From Psammoneis japonica (Eukaryota): DNA of 64,000 nucleotides. The DNA is taken from positions 1 through 64,000 of the forward strand of contig QPGO01000259.1 of NCBI GenBank assembly GCA_008632985.1. Direction: 5' to 3'. This document shows, piece by piece, positions 12,599-24,989 of the stretch; the stretch's first letter is position 1; each line of letters opens with the position of its first letter. The position numbers and the translations under genes are program-made. Below the pieces are notes generated by a model that had not been told where the DNA came from, did no database searches, and was given only the letters and a program-made list of their open reading frames with translations.

Positions 12599-12677
12599 GC
12601 CAACATGCTGAACATGGCGCCAGAATCCAATCGAATTTCGCCCGCACAACTTGCGAAAACTTGCGCGAGAAAACTTA

Positions 12678-12783
12678 TCCACTTTCTCTCTGAGAGCCGT
12701 AATGATGATTCCTACCGTATTGGTAGCTCTACGTTATGTGTCAGAACTTTGCTCTAGTAAGTAGCGCAGTTTTCTGTTGTAGC
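12678..12783 (+). repeat. ~105-bp local duplication, TpA-retaining copy
   Basis: Aligns to 12016-12119. Confidence 0.92.
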
Positions 12784-12843
12784 TAATTTTCATTTTTCGT
12801 TTGCGGCCATAATCAACCTTGGTAGCGAAACAAACAATGCGCC

Positions 12844-14332
12844 TCACACAGCCATTGTCAAAGTTTGGTTCGATCGTGATGTTGGAACATACACGTCTTT
12901 GCTCACACTTTCGATAAAGACGGCGTCTTCATTTTGCATCGGTTGGTCTTGCGCCTCTGCCAATTCGTCCATTTCCTCCTTGGTTTCCATGCTTGCACGT
13001 CTCACTTCAGCAGCAACTTTTGCCACTAGAGACGGGTTCATGGAAGCCGCCGTCAAGCAATCCACAGCTTCATCGTCCAAAAAGTAATTCTGTATCTCAG
13101 CCATTTCATCTAGATGCTTGCATTGATCGGCACCAACCAGGCACTGACATGATTGCCCTTGGCCAAACAATACAAGAGTGTGATTTGAGCCAAGGACAAT
13201 CCCGACTGCTTGGCTAGTTTCATGGCTATTCGTCGGCGGGCATAGTTTCCAGGAGTGCAGTACGCTCTTTGGATTCGTTGAAGACGCCATGTATCCGATC
13301 CCAAATCCGCAACCGGTCCATGAAAGTTGGAAAATCCACCTCGTGTTCTCGCCACAGAGTCGGAACAGCCATGAATCCCTTGGCCATGGACTCCCAGCCC
13401 ATGATTTCAATCCCGTTCTCTTTGTACCAATGAATCTCGCTTGCTTTGGACGGACACGACAGGGAATACGTTGTGGGCCAAACTTCGCTGGATGGGACGG
13501 CGAGCGACAACTGAGGCGAGGTGGCCGTGGGTGGTTCTTGGTTTGTTTGTTTGGCATGCTCACAAGCCTCACTAATACGGTGAAGACCCCAATTCGAAAC
13601 ACCCCAACGACGAATCAAACCGTCGCTCTTTAATTCATTCATCCAATCTACAAAATCGCTTGCCGGAATGCGCGGATCATCTCGATGTAGCATGTAAATA
13701 TCGGCATAATCCGTCTGAAGAGCCTCGAGTGAGGCTGTAATTTCGGATCGAAGTGTATCCATGGTACAGAGAGGTCGGTCTGTCATTTAGAAAGTTAACA
13801 AGGCAAAACAAGTTAGATATTGACAAATGATTGATCATTCAGAAGAATGCGCAAATCGAGCGGTATGCGTCGTAGTTTACAGGTACGTTACATGCTCGTT
13901 CTAGTCGCGAGCTCTTTCAATGTAGTCTACAACAAAACACACAAACACATGTGTAGCACATGGATACTCGCAAACATCGAACTTACTTGGATCTCCATAC
14001 TTGTCCGAACCCATACCGCCCTTTGTGACGAGGCATAGATCGCTGCGGTCGACGCCACTTTTTGTGAGCCACTCGCCAAAGAGTTTTTCGGATTTACCGC
14101 CACCATAACTCCGTGCCAAGTCAAATCGTGTAAATCCACGTTCATATGCGTCTTGAAGTAGCTGATAGGAACCTCCCTTGACGTTGGGCAAGGCGACGGT
14201 ACCGAGAACAAGTTTCTCCATGGAATGTTGACGTTCGTTGGTCTTGTGAGCTCCAAACGAAGATACCAACGCGAGAAAGGTGCTCAATAGTACAATTAAG
14301 CAATTCCATATACGATTCTGTTGTCGATTCAT
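12844..14332 (-). CDS. Aldo/keto reductase family protein with signal peptide, probably plastid-targeted; 2 exons (14332-13987, 13779-12844); two apparent 1-bp frameshifts (~13325, ~13142)
   Basis: LVLGT, FDLARSYGGGKSEKLFG, LVTKGG, SLEALQTDYADIYMLHRDD, GLIRRWGVSNW, SPQLSL motifs; GTAAGT...CAG intron joins GDP-N-RPL in frame; N-terminal hydrophobic stretch ending VSS-F. Confidence 0.88.
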
Positions 14333-17300
14333 GGTGTGGAACAATAAGGCGATACTGGTATAAAAGTCACACTCTGCAATGAGAATCTCTGCGTATGATC
14401 GGCTTTGCCCTTTTCGCTGTTGTTCGAGAATGTGTGAGTGGGGCATTGAGAAAAGGTGCGGCTCGACCTGAAATTTCGTGGCTTTGACACGCTTTCTGCG
14501 GATGACGCAAAAACGGTTGAAGCCAATTGTGTGGAATTCTACGCCATCATGGTGCATGTCAGACACGTCAGACAAGCGGTAGCCATCCAATCAAAATAGC
14601 CTCAAAATGATGACCGTTATGTTATTTTGTGCTGATTTGGCGAAAGCACGAGCCAATGTGGTCGTGCGACACGACCAAATAAATTAACTTCCTTCACCCT
14701 GACTGTTCGCCAACTCCTGTTGTGGACAACCCGTGGGCTCGGCATTGCACTTTTATGATTCCAGCCTGGAACTCTTTTGACAAAAAGGCTCATGGCATGC
14801 TCGTTGGCCCAACTCCTCCTGCCCTTTGTGGTGCTTCTCGATGCACCTGCGAGCTCCTTTTGTCTCACATTCGCTCCTTCCTTGGAAAAATCTCTAGCGC
14901 TGCCGCCAGCCCCGCCCTCCAGTCCTTCCGAAACTGCCCCACCTTTCTTGACCTTGTTGGCATTTGGCCATCTTGGCACCATGATCCTCCCAGCTCTTCT
15001 CAGCTGCGTCGCCGCTCCCTTCGAGTCTTCTGTGTCTCCGCTGTGCTTTCGATGCAGCTCTCCACTCTGCCTCCAATGCAGTTTGGAGCACTCTTCTTAA
15101 CATCTCCAACCTGCCCAACTCTCTGCCTGCCAAGTTTCCCATTCTGGGCACTTCTGCTGCTGTCATTCCTTTCCTGCCCCCACCAACTTCTCCACTGCCT
15201 GCAGCGCGGCGCCTTTCTGAGCTCATCTCCCGTCAAAGCAACATGGTCGTGGCCACCTCTGATCATCTCAAGCTTCCTTTGACCTGGCCTGGCATCAAGC
15301 ACTGGGAGCAATCCAGCCATGTGGGCACAACCTTTGGTCACAACTTTTGTTGCTTCTTTTGCTGTGCATCTAAAAAATGCCATGAACAAAAGCGCCAATC
15401 GCGAAACCCAGCAAACAGGAGCAAAAGTCAAAATTTCAACATGTCATTGTGCAGAGCATGGCCAGCACCCCCATCCACAGCAAGGGCGCTGTGGCATGTG
15501 GTTGCAGGGTTCAAATGAACAAATGGTGCTGGCATCACCAGGGGGAGAAAAGCGCACAAGCAAAAATGCTCTGCTGCATGTGCGCAAACCAGCTCCCATG
15601 GTGTGCCTCTGGCTTTCCCTGCTCTGATTGGTGCACTGTGTGAGGTTGTGACCCTCGACGCTTCCTGTGTTCCCCCCCTTGGGCTCTGCCCACATCTTTT
15701 GTCAAACTTTTAAATTCCATCATCCTGACAAAGATGGCCCTGTCTGCATGTGGGTTCTAACAAGAAAGCACCCTGTTGTGTGCATCCAGAGTCCCAAAAA
15801 TTGCTGAGGAACCTGCCTCTGGGCACAGAGCTCTGTGGAGGTGATTTAGAAAAATTCTGTGATGAACTCACCCTGAGGGTGAAGTGGATGTGAAGGCCCA
15901 GATTCTGACAGGATGCTGGGTGCTTTTGCATGGAATCCATGCAGTTGAGATCAGTTGGCTGGTGGGTGAGCAACAAGAGACAGCGGGGGTTGCTTTTGTT
16001 TTTCACAACTCTTGTGCATTTCAACAGAGAATTTTTTGCTGTTCAATTTGGCATTTTCTGTGACAAAGTGTGTCACTGAAATGCAGTGATTTTGTGGTGT
16101 AGAAAACTTAAATGCCATTGAGATCACAGGTCATTGCACGACATCACCATCTGACCTGCGATGGCACCACATTGGATTGCATGGAAAAAACCTGACATTG
16201 AGAACATCTTTGAACTCTGTGGGTTGTGCATGTCTTCATGAATGAAGAACTTCACATTGTTGTCATCATCCACTGCAAGACATCATTGTCCATCTTCTTG
16301 ACACCAATCAGCACTCAGGGAGTCACTTCCTGGCAACAAATGACTCAACCAATCAGTGTCCAGGAATCCAATCCCAGCATCACAAATCACAGCCAGCACC
16401 TGCGCGTGGTTCTGCAACAATTCTGCACTGAGAAATCTGGAAAACGCCGCCGATTTCTGCACAGATTCCACACAACAGAAATCAATTGTGGCTGTTTTCA
16501 CACTCACTTTTCCACAGGATTTCCACTCAAAACAAATGGCTGACCAACATTGCATGGATTCTTCCAAAAGGTTGCCTTCCACCTGGGCAGGGGCACACAT
16601 GCCCAATGCCAAGAAGAGCCAACTTCAACCAACCAACCATGTGAGGCAAGTTGAGATCAACTGAGAATTCTGCCAGTTGAAATGTTGCAGCTTTTCCTGT
16701 TTCTCCTCCTCACAATGAATTGTGCACGCAAAAATGTCCGCCTTGCAGCCCCAGACATTGCAGGTGCAGGGCAAGCCTGTGACAAGTGGGAGAGCAAGGG
16801 TGCCATGACGTCTGCTTGTGCAGGGTTTAAATGGACAAATGGTGCTGGGATCACCAGTGAGAGAAAAGCACATGCACGAACCCACTCTGCATGTGCACAC
16901 ACCAGCTCCCATGGCAAATCAGGGACACACGGCATTTTGTTGTGTTTCCGGACAAGCCTGTTTGCACAGACTCCTTTTGTGCACGGATTGAATCTCTGCA
17001 AGACATTGTCATTCATTGTGGACAATTCACAACAAATCAACATGTTTGATGAATGTGCAATCAATGCTTTAAAATTCAACACATGCACTGTTAATTTCAA
17101 AACATCTCAGCGACATGATTTCATTGTTTGGCGATTCTCTTTTTTTGTTGTGGAGACAAAATTGTTCAATTCACTGAACAACGACAAAAAAATTGCAGTC
17201 AACAACAAACGGAGACAAACGAAGACACAAGAGACAAACAAAGACAAGCGGCAACAGACGGAGACAAGCCAATGGGTGTGGATTGATCAATGACAGGATG

Positions 17301-18435
17301 GACAGACGTGTGATGTGCGATGACAACAGCACCTGCCAAGCTGTAAATTGAAGCTGCTGCTGCATGTCAATGCCATCTGCACTTGCCATTTCTCTCTGCT
17401 TCTTAAACCAATGGATGCAGGTTGTTTGACGACAGGACAGACAGATGTGCAATGTGCAATGACACCAGCACATTTGTCTCCGTCTGTCTCCATCTGTCAT
17501 TGTTTGTTGTCATTTGTTGTTGACAACAAAATTTTGTTGTCATTTGTCGTCGACGACAAAATTTTGTCTCCGCCACATGTCTCATGACAAAATGCTTCTG
17601 TTTCAAAACAGAGACAAATTGCCAAACAAAGACTTGCTCGCCAAACAAAGTGATGCACATGTGAGTTGGCAACATCAACATGCCAGCCTGCATGTGTGCA
17701 TGCACACACAATCAGCTTTTTGTCCTCAACGGTCCTTTTGCTGAAATTTTTTCACTCAAATGGGTCATCCTTGACAAGTGTGCAGGACCTTGGACAGTTT
17801 TGTCGGAAAGTGAGACAAGCTGCTGTGTGTCCCTGGTTTTCCCTGTTCTGGTCATCACACTGAGACCCACAGCCCCTGAGTGTGTTTTTGAGCATGCTTT
17901 CACACTGATGTTGCCCTTCTCAGATGGCACTTTGCTGGGTCTGGTTGCAAGTCAATGTTGCCAAAAGGGAGCCATGCACAAGGTTTCCCATTGTGCTGTC
18001 AACATTGCACCCCATGCAAGTGTTGTTCCTCTCATGAGAGTGCCGCTGGCACCACTGGAGTCCATGCCACAGGCAGGACAACAGCCAGTTGACAAGAATC
18101 TCAAGTTGTTGATGTCAACCTTGTCAAGAAGGAATCACAAACCATTGTCCCCAGATCCACCAAGTGGAAAAGGGGGTGGATGGTTGGTTTGATTCAGCAA
18201 AATCACCTGATTTTGGCAAATTGAGAGTCCAAACATCTGGGTTGCTTTGGGCGGGTTGGACAGCCACCACCTCCTGGTTGCTCAAAACCACACGTCATCA
18301 TGGCACATGATGTGGCACTTTGAAGTTGCGTCCCATGCCATGCTCACAACAACAAAAAAATGCATCTCCCACCATGGGACTTGATCGTTTGCACAGATTG
18401 ATGGCCACAACATTGATCAAGATGAGAGTGTGGTC

Positions 18436-18832
18436 AATGCGTTCCAGACGCAGGTGGGAATCCATGTGACATTGGGCCCGCAGACTTCTGCGTGTGAGCT
18501 CCGCACTGAAATTGTGCGGTGATTAAAATCTCAATGATCGCCAACAGAAAATGAGGCAATTTTGCGAACGCACAAACTCACCCATGATTGAAGTGCATCA
18601 TTTTTTACTTGGCCAGTTGCATTCTTCAGACATTGAAGAATGCAACTGGCACATTGTTGTTTCTATAAATTTGTCACATAAAACGTCTGGGGCTTCGCAA
18701 AACAGCGAGTCTGGACAATTTTTTTTTAAATGTCACACGTGGAAATCTGCGTGCGAAACATGCGACGGATGACAAAAATTGTTGATGTCACACGTCAGTG
18801 CTGCGAGCTCCCACCCAGGGCTGGAATGCGTC
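18436..18832 (+). mobile_element. MITE family A, 397 bp, TSD GGTC (TpA-converted copy)
   Basis: AATGCGTTCCAG ... CTGGAATGCGTC with GGTC on both sides; colinear with 6970-7365. Confidence 0.93.
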
Positions 18833-20410
18833 GGTCACACCAATTTAAACTGGTGCTCATTTTGTTGGTTGTGCTGGATTTCTTGGCACTGTTGACTGTT
18901 GTGCCACATTCAGACATGCCAACAAGCAGTGTGTTTGCTGACTTTTTTCTGCAGGGCTCTCACGACCGCTGTGCAAACAAGTCTGCAACCACTGGGTTTG
19001 GCTCCACTGCAGATGCAATTGTTGGCATCTGAGGAATGCACACACATGGATGGCGTCATTTTTGTTTCTGCCAGTTTCCCATGACAGAGATGCAGAAAAT
19101 GAAAATGCTCTGATTTCCAACATTGACGGTGCACCATGTGTGACACAGAAAAGGAACAATGGAATGTTGTTTTGTTCAAAGAGAAAAGGGGAGCCAATTC
19201 TTGCAGCAAGTGCAGTTGTTGGATGCTGAAAACAATTGTTGGTGCCTTGTTTGGAGTGTTTTTGGCTTCCCTGTCAAAGCAACAGCAGCAATCATGTGTC
19301 AAAGCAGAGCTTGGCTGCGTGGTGTGGCGTGCAGTGTGCTTTGTCACGGGACAGTGCATGAAACCAAAAGTGCAGTGGATGGGAGCTCCAAACCATTGGT
19401 GATCAGATCTCAAGGAACCAGCTCGTTGAGCTCACTCATTCCACATCTGTGCTCAAATGGATCGGAGCAGCTGTTGTTGCTTGGGCTGAGTTTAATTTCT
19501 TCTCACAACTTCTCAAACTTTGGCATTGGTGAATGTTCCATTTGGTTTGTTGAGAGCAAATTGTGCAACAAAACTCAATTTGTTGCTTGTTCAAGAGTTC
19601 AGTGACACACGCGAACATTTGCTTTGTGGTTTTGTTCACGCACGGTGTCTGTGATGATCACAAATTGCTCATCAGAAAACTGAGTTCTCATCTTGCAGCG
19701 CCATTTGGCCATCAACTTGACACTGGCCCACCATCATTTTCGAACACATGAGCAAACACACAAGACCTTTCTGCATGTGCCCACATCACTGCATTTGAAA
19801 ACTGTTGCCTTTTTGTTTTTGAAAATGGCGCCCACAAGTTTGGGTGCTGCTTTTCATGCAAAAAGGAGCATTCCATCACATGTTCCTTTGTGCACCCAGA
19901 TCTGGAGCAAGTGTTCTGAGTCTGGAACAAGCCCACACTCTGCATCTCTGAGCCCCAAACCAGCAGTGTGTTGGCCATTGCTGCACTGCAATGTCATCCT
20001 GTGGAATCACTGCTTGATTGATTTTGACAAAAACCTTGTGTCCAACAAACCGCTCATGGTCAATGGCTGCACTCTGGGAGAACAAATTCTGGAGGCGCGC
20101 GAGTTTGTGAACTGCCCAAATTGACAACAAACAACCCCCACTCTCTCAAATCATTCTGGCGGCTTGGGTGCATGCTCAAGGGCAGTGACAAGTGCCACAC
20201 AGCATGAACCATGACAGTGCACAGTGCACACAGTGCACCGCGAACCGCAAGCTGTGTTGAAAAAAGATGCCATTGAGGATGATGCACCTGCTGTTGTGGA
20301 TGACTCGTCTGGCAACAAGCGACTGCCACTGGTTTGAGGCTGCACCTCTTGCCTTGGCTCAGATGTCTTCTGGCAATGCTGGGCAGAGTTTTTTCTCTGC
20401 TGAGGAACTT

Positions 20411-20816
20411 GACGGGTTCCAGCCCTGGGTGGGACTCCGTGTGACATTGGGCCCGTAGAATTCTGCGTGCGAGCTCCGCAGTGAATTTGTGCTGCAATGA
20501 AAATGTGAATGATCGCCAACAGAAAAAGAGGCAATTTTACGAACGCATCTCCTCCTTCATGCTTGGAGCACATCAACAATGGTTTGCCCGGCCGGGCATG
20601 TTCTGCGGACATCAAAGAACACACCCAGCGCATTTTCATTCTCACAACTGTTGAAAATAGAAAGCCTGTGGCTTCGCAAAACAGGGAGCATGAAACAATT
20701 TCGTAGAATGTGACATGCAGAAATGTGCGTGCGCGACATGCGACGCGATCAAAAAAACTGTTGATGTCACAGTGCAGCAGTGCGAGGCCCCACCTGGCAG
20801 AGCTGGAGCGCGCGCC
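20411..20816 (+). mobile_element. MITE family A-related subfamily, 406 bp, TSD ACTT
   Basis: GACGGGTTCCAGCCCTGGGTGGGA start; shares GTGACATTGGGCCCG, GATCGCCAACAGAAAA and GCTTCGCAAAACAG blocks; ACTT on both sides. Confidence 0.88.
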
Positions 20817-21478
20817 ACTTGTTCAATGAGAATCAAGAGTTCTCTCGGACAAGATCATGCTCTCTCTCTCTCTCTCTCTGTGCTCTTTCTTGCATCCTCA
20901 AAGTAGTTTAACATGATTGAAACAGATGCATGATGATGCTCGACAGTTCGTGTGATGATTTTTTCCAAAAAACTGGGCCCCTGCTTTTTTGTTGGGGGGC
21001 TCCCCTTTTTGTTGCAAAGCGCTCCCCCCTCCCTGAACCCTCAAGCCTGCTTGGGTGCAGCTCAGAATCCTTTCTCTTGCATTGTGGTCACACTTGATTT
21101 GTGCCAAATGAACGAGGTTGTGCCAAGCAGAAAAGATCAGTGCTCAAGACGGGTTGCTGTCAAGTCTTTCGAGTCGGATCTTGGAGACGCCTGACCGGGA
21201 CACAACCCGGACGCATGTGCCCAATGTCCCAGTCATGACATACATAAGTAAGACATTGACAGGAGTCATTCAAAGGAAAACTTGTGCTGTACTGTACTGT
21301 AGGAAGGAACCTTCTGACTGGTCATGGATGAACTTAAATGATCTCTCAATAAATGTTCGTCAACATTTAACAATAAATGTTGTGTGCACTTTATTTCCGA
21401 GACGTCTGGTTTCGGAGTTGCGTTCCTCTGAAATAAAAAAAACAAGAACAGACCAAAGACCAACAGCACGCACGCAAC

Positions 21479-24400
21479 ATGAAAGCCAAATGGTTGACGC
21501 TTGCGCTCCTGCATCTGCAAGGTAAGAGGAGGAGATGCTCATGGCGTGACATTAATGGTGTGGACCGTTTGTTCTCACACTGTGTTGCGTATATTCTCAA
21601 ACGAGTTCCTGTTTAGGTGCCTGGAGCAGACTTGACGAAAAACGCGAACCCTTCTTTGAAACCAATGTAAGTGCGATTACAGGATTTCACCGGTAGTCGA
21701 CCTCGTCGAACCCTCCTTTCACAGACTTTTTTCATTGTCGTGGGCATTTCTTCCTCATGACATACATCATATACAACTCATTACATTTTTCACTCGGCGT
21801 CACGACCAGCAGCAAGAAGAAACTTCTGTTGAAATTCCTGAATCAGCGCCATTAGCGGTGAGATTGGTGTTTTTGTTTCTCGATGCGTCTTTGCTTGCCA
21901 TGACTATATTGACTAATGTTGTGCTTATTCTCTATTATATTCAAGCTTGATCCGAACCTGCTTGCATACAAAGGCAGATTGAAGTTGAACGAGACTGCAA
22001 AAGGAGTACTCAAGAAACATTCCACTGTTCCTGGAACTCCCGACTACTGGAAGATATGGCTGGAAAAAGAACTCTACATTACGATCGACTTTTTATCGGA
22101 GAACACAGATAACTTACAAACAGAAGATGAACCATGGATGTCGTTTTATTTTGGTACCACTACAACCCATGCTGGAGGAACGTGGGATGAGCCCTTGCCA
22201 AATCCCGACCTGCAGGTTGTAGAGCCTGACCTGGAAGACAGAGATTACTATCCATCGCATGGAATGCACCACACCTTTGCCTCGGTTCCCCGAAGTGGAT
22301 GGTATACATTAGTGATTGGGCAGCATTCTGACCGTAGAAAGTTTGGTGAATACACAGTCGCGGTCAATGAGGTACGATGATGACCAGCCCAGCAGATGCG
22401 CGTGTAAAGACACGGTACCATAAATGCGTTTGAGTCAAAAATTCACTGACCATTCCTGTGTATCTTGGTGCTTATACACTCACCAAGATTATTCTGAAAT
22501 CTGTAACATATAGAGGAGAATTGAAATTGAACGAGCCCGCTAAAGGAGCACTGAAGCGAAGTTCAACTCTTTCTGGAACTCCTGACTTCTGGAGGATATG
22601 GCTGAAGAAAGGGCTCTCCATTACAGTAAACTTCGCTCCGGAGGAAACAAACTCATATGTTCAAGGTGAGGTGATTTTGTATTACGGTACCACCAAGGCC
22701 CATGCTGGTGCACGAGAACACTATGATGCGACCCCTGCGCCGATTCCCGGCTTGCGACGTATTGACCCGAACGAGCGTGATTATCAGGGTTCTTTTAGTT
22801 TTCCATTGGTCCCCCAAGGTGGATGGCACACATTGCTAATATATCAAAATAGTAATTACGAGAATAAAAGAGTTGGTAATTACGAAGTGGTGGTTAATGA
22901 GGTGAGATGAGCAGATGGAGAAGTTGCATTCAAAATGAAATTGGAACTAACCACTGCCTTTATTGCTTTCAATGCTTGCACCCGCAACGTGGAATATGCA
23001 TTTCTCTCAAGATTGTTCCGAAGCCTGTAGTGTATAAAGGAAGGTTGGAATTGGGTAGTTCGAAACGAGGCAAGCTTCGGAAGCAGTCAACTCTTTCTGG
23101 AACTCCTGATTTCTGGAAGATTTGGCTAAAGAAAGGACTCTATGTGAGGATTGACGTGAATGAAACGAAGCGGGACATGGAAGCTGACATGGATTTTTTT
23201 TACGGGACCACCAAGATCCACCGCCCAAGCCCCTTTGAAACCAGGGAGGGTTTCTGGAATCCCGACCTGCAGCTTGTTGAAGTTCGTTATGACCGAATGC
23301 CTGGTCTCTATTATGGCCCTGACTCTGATGAGGAACACGACGTGAGCACCTACACATACCTACCCCACACTGGATGGTACACATTAATGGTTTGGCAACG
23401 TTTTGGTGGTCACGGTAGTAATGGCGAATACGATGTCATTGTTTACGAGCCCGATAGCGACAACGATGGTGTGGTAAATACCAAGGACGAATGTCCAATA
23501 ACCAACATGGATGCCAATGTAAAAGTACTGTCGTGTGATAGTGGCGTTCCTAATGTGATGGCTCAGAGCAATGGATGTTCTTTGAATGACATCATGTTTT
23601 CGCTTCTTCGAGAGTGCGACACTGGAATTGGCTCATCTAGAAAAAAGACGTTTCGGCGATGTGTGTTTACAAAACTGTCACGGTTTGTGACAGGTAAAGG
23701 CAGACTGGAAAAAATCATGGAGTGTGTGAGAAAGACCGATTTGGATGCTCTCAAATTGCTTTGTGGTGACAGTTTTCTTTTTGCCAGTCACACCGATTTG
23801 TACCACTTGGATCCTGCTACGGGCGCTTTCGCATTAGCCGGGCAGATTGACAGTGAACGGCGATTTCCGGCGTCGTTTTCAGACTGGACATACTGGGACG
23901 GCATGGGAATGATAAGTGCTTTCGACTATGATTCTGTGAATGGTGTACTCTGGAGTCTTAACGGCGGTTACATTGTGCAAATGGATCCATCCAACGCCAA
24001 CACGATAGAGGAGATTGAGTTGGCAAAGTCGAGCCATGCGACTTTCCACTGCATCAAGATCATTGACGGTGTGATGTACACAGTATACACGGATGACAGA
24101 ACCGACAGTATCAATAGCCAGCTCGCGACCATCAACACCACCACTGGTGAAATAACAACAATTGGCTATACCGGCAAGTCATGGATTGGAGCACTTGCCC
24201 ACGACGTGCGCACCTCAATCACTTGGGGGGTGTCCTGTCATGACGACTACGACGATGATGGTTATGGTGTGTGCGGTAATGATTATGGTTATCATTGGGA
24301 TGAAACTCAGTTAGTCAGACTAGATCTTACAACAGGCTGGGCGACAACGTGGGAGAGTGGACCTGGTGCCTGGAGCAACATCGAATTCGGGCCAGACGGA

Positions 24401-24568
24401 GAGCTCTATGGAGTTCGCATTGATTCTTCAGACAATGGAAACCAATTCTTTTACCAGATCAACACCTTAACAGGTGATACAACACCGGTTGATTGGAACT
24501 CCACATTACCCTGGTGGGAGAGAATTGTGCCTGGATACATTCTGACGTGCTATTATTACAAGGCCTAG
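21479..24568 (+). CDS. Secreted multidomain protein (~845 aa): signal peptide, three ~140-aa repeats, TSP3-like Ca-binding/Cys motif, C-terminal beta-propeller-like region. Predicted exons 21479-21521, 21617-21666, 21810-21857, 21946-22371, 22488-22901, 23012-24568
   Basis: All introns are GT-AG and in frame; MKAKWLTLALLHLQGAWS leader; repeated YKGxLxL...GTPD(Y/F)WxIWLxK...GTT...GW(Y/H)TL...GxYxVxVxE; DSDNDGVVNTKDECP; repeated (L/I)(D/N)xxTG turns. Confidence 0.85.
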
Positions 24569-24989
24569 CTGGTGGGGAGAATGTGTGCGTGAGGCACCGT
24601 TGTTGCAAAATGCGTTTGGCGGCATCCGAAGCAGAAGCATCCATGTTGCATTTTATGACTAGAAGTAGCATACACACAAAAGAAACACCAGCAGATGCGA
24701 TGCAAGTGGAAACGACTCTGACGATTTCGGAAATGACGGGTGAGAGGCGCACAAATGGGAAACTGCATAAAACTTTATAGAAACAATTTCCAAGCCAATG
24801 TTTTTCTTGTTGTTTTCATGCTAGTAGAGCAAGTGCGTTTGGTCTGGTGTCTGGTTTCATTCTTTTCTTTTTCAATCCCATCGTGGGCATTTGCAAGCTG
24901 TTTCTCGAGTGCCATTCTCATTGCTTCAGAGCACAGCACGGTTGCAATGAGCACTGCAGTGCAAATGAACAAATTACCATGCAGTCACG

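Larger units (their letters stand above)
14700..21230. other. TpA-depleted block of unclassified degraded repeats (related segments at ~15480-15600 and ~16790-16915; foldback-like GAGACAAA-rich inverted repeat ~17148-17578)
   Basis: Near absence of TA, no coherent ORF, internal repeats visible. Confidence 0.6.

Noticed and set aside
13901..14590. 229-aa ORF as a separate gene
   Set aside because: It is exon 1 of the aldo-keto reductase plus upstream and intronic read-through
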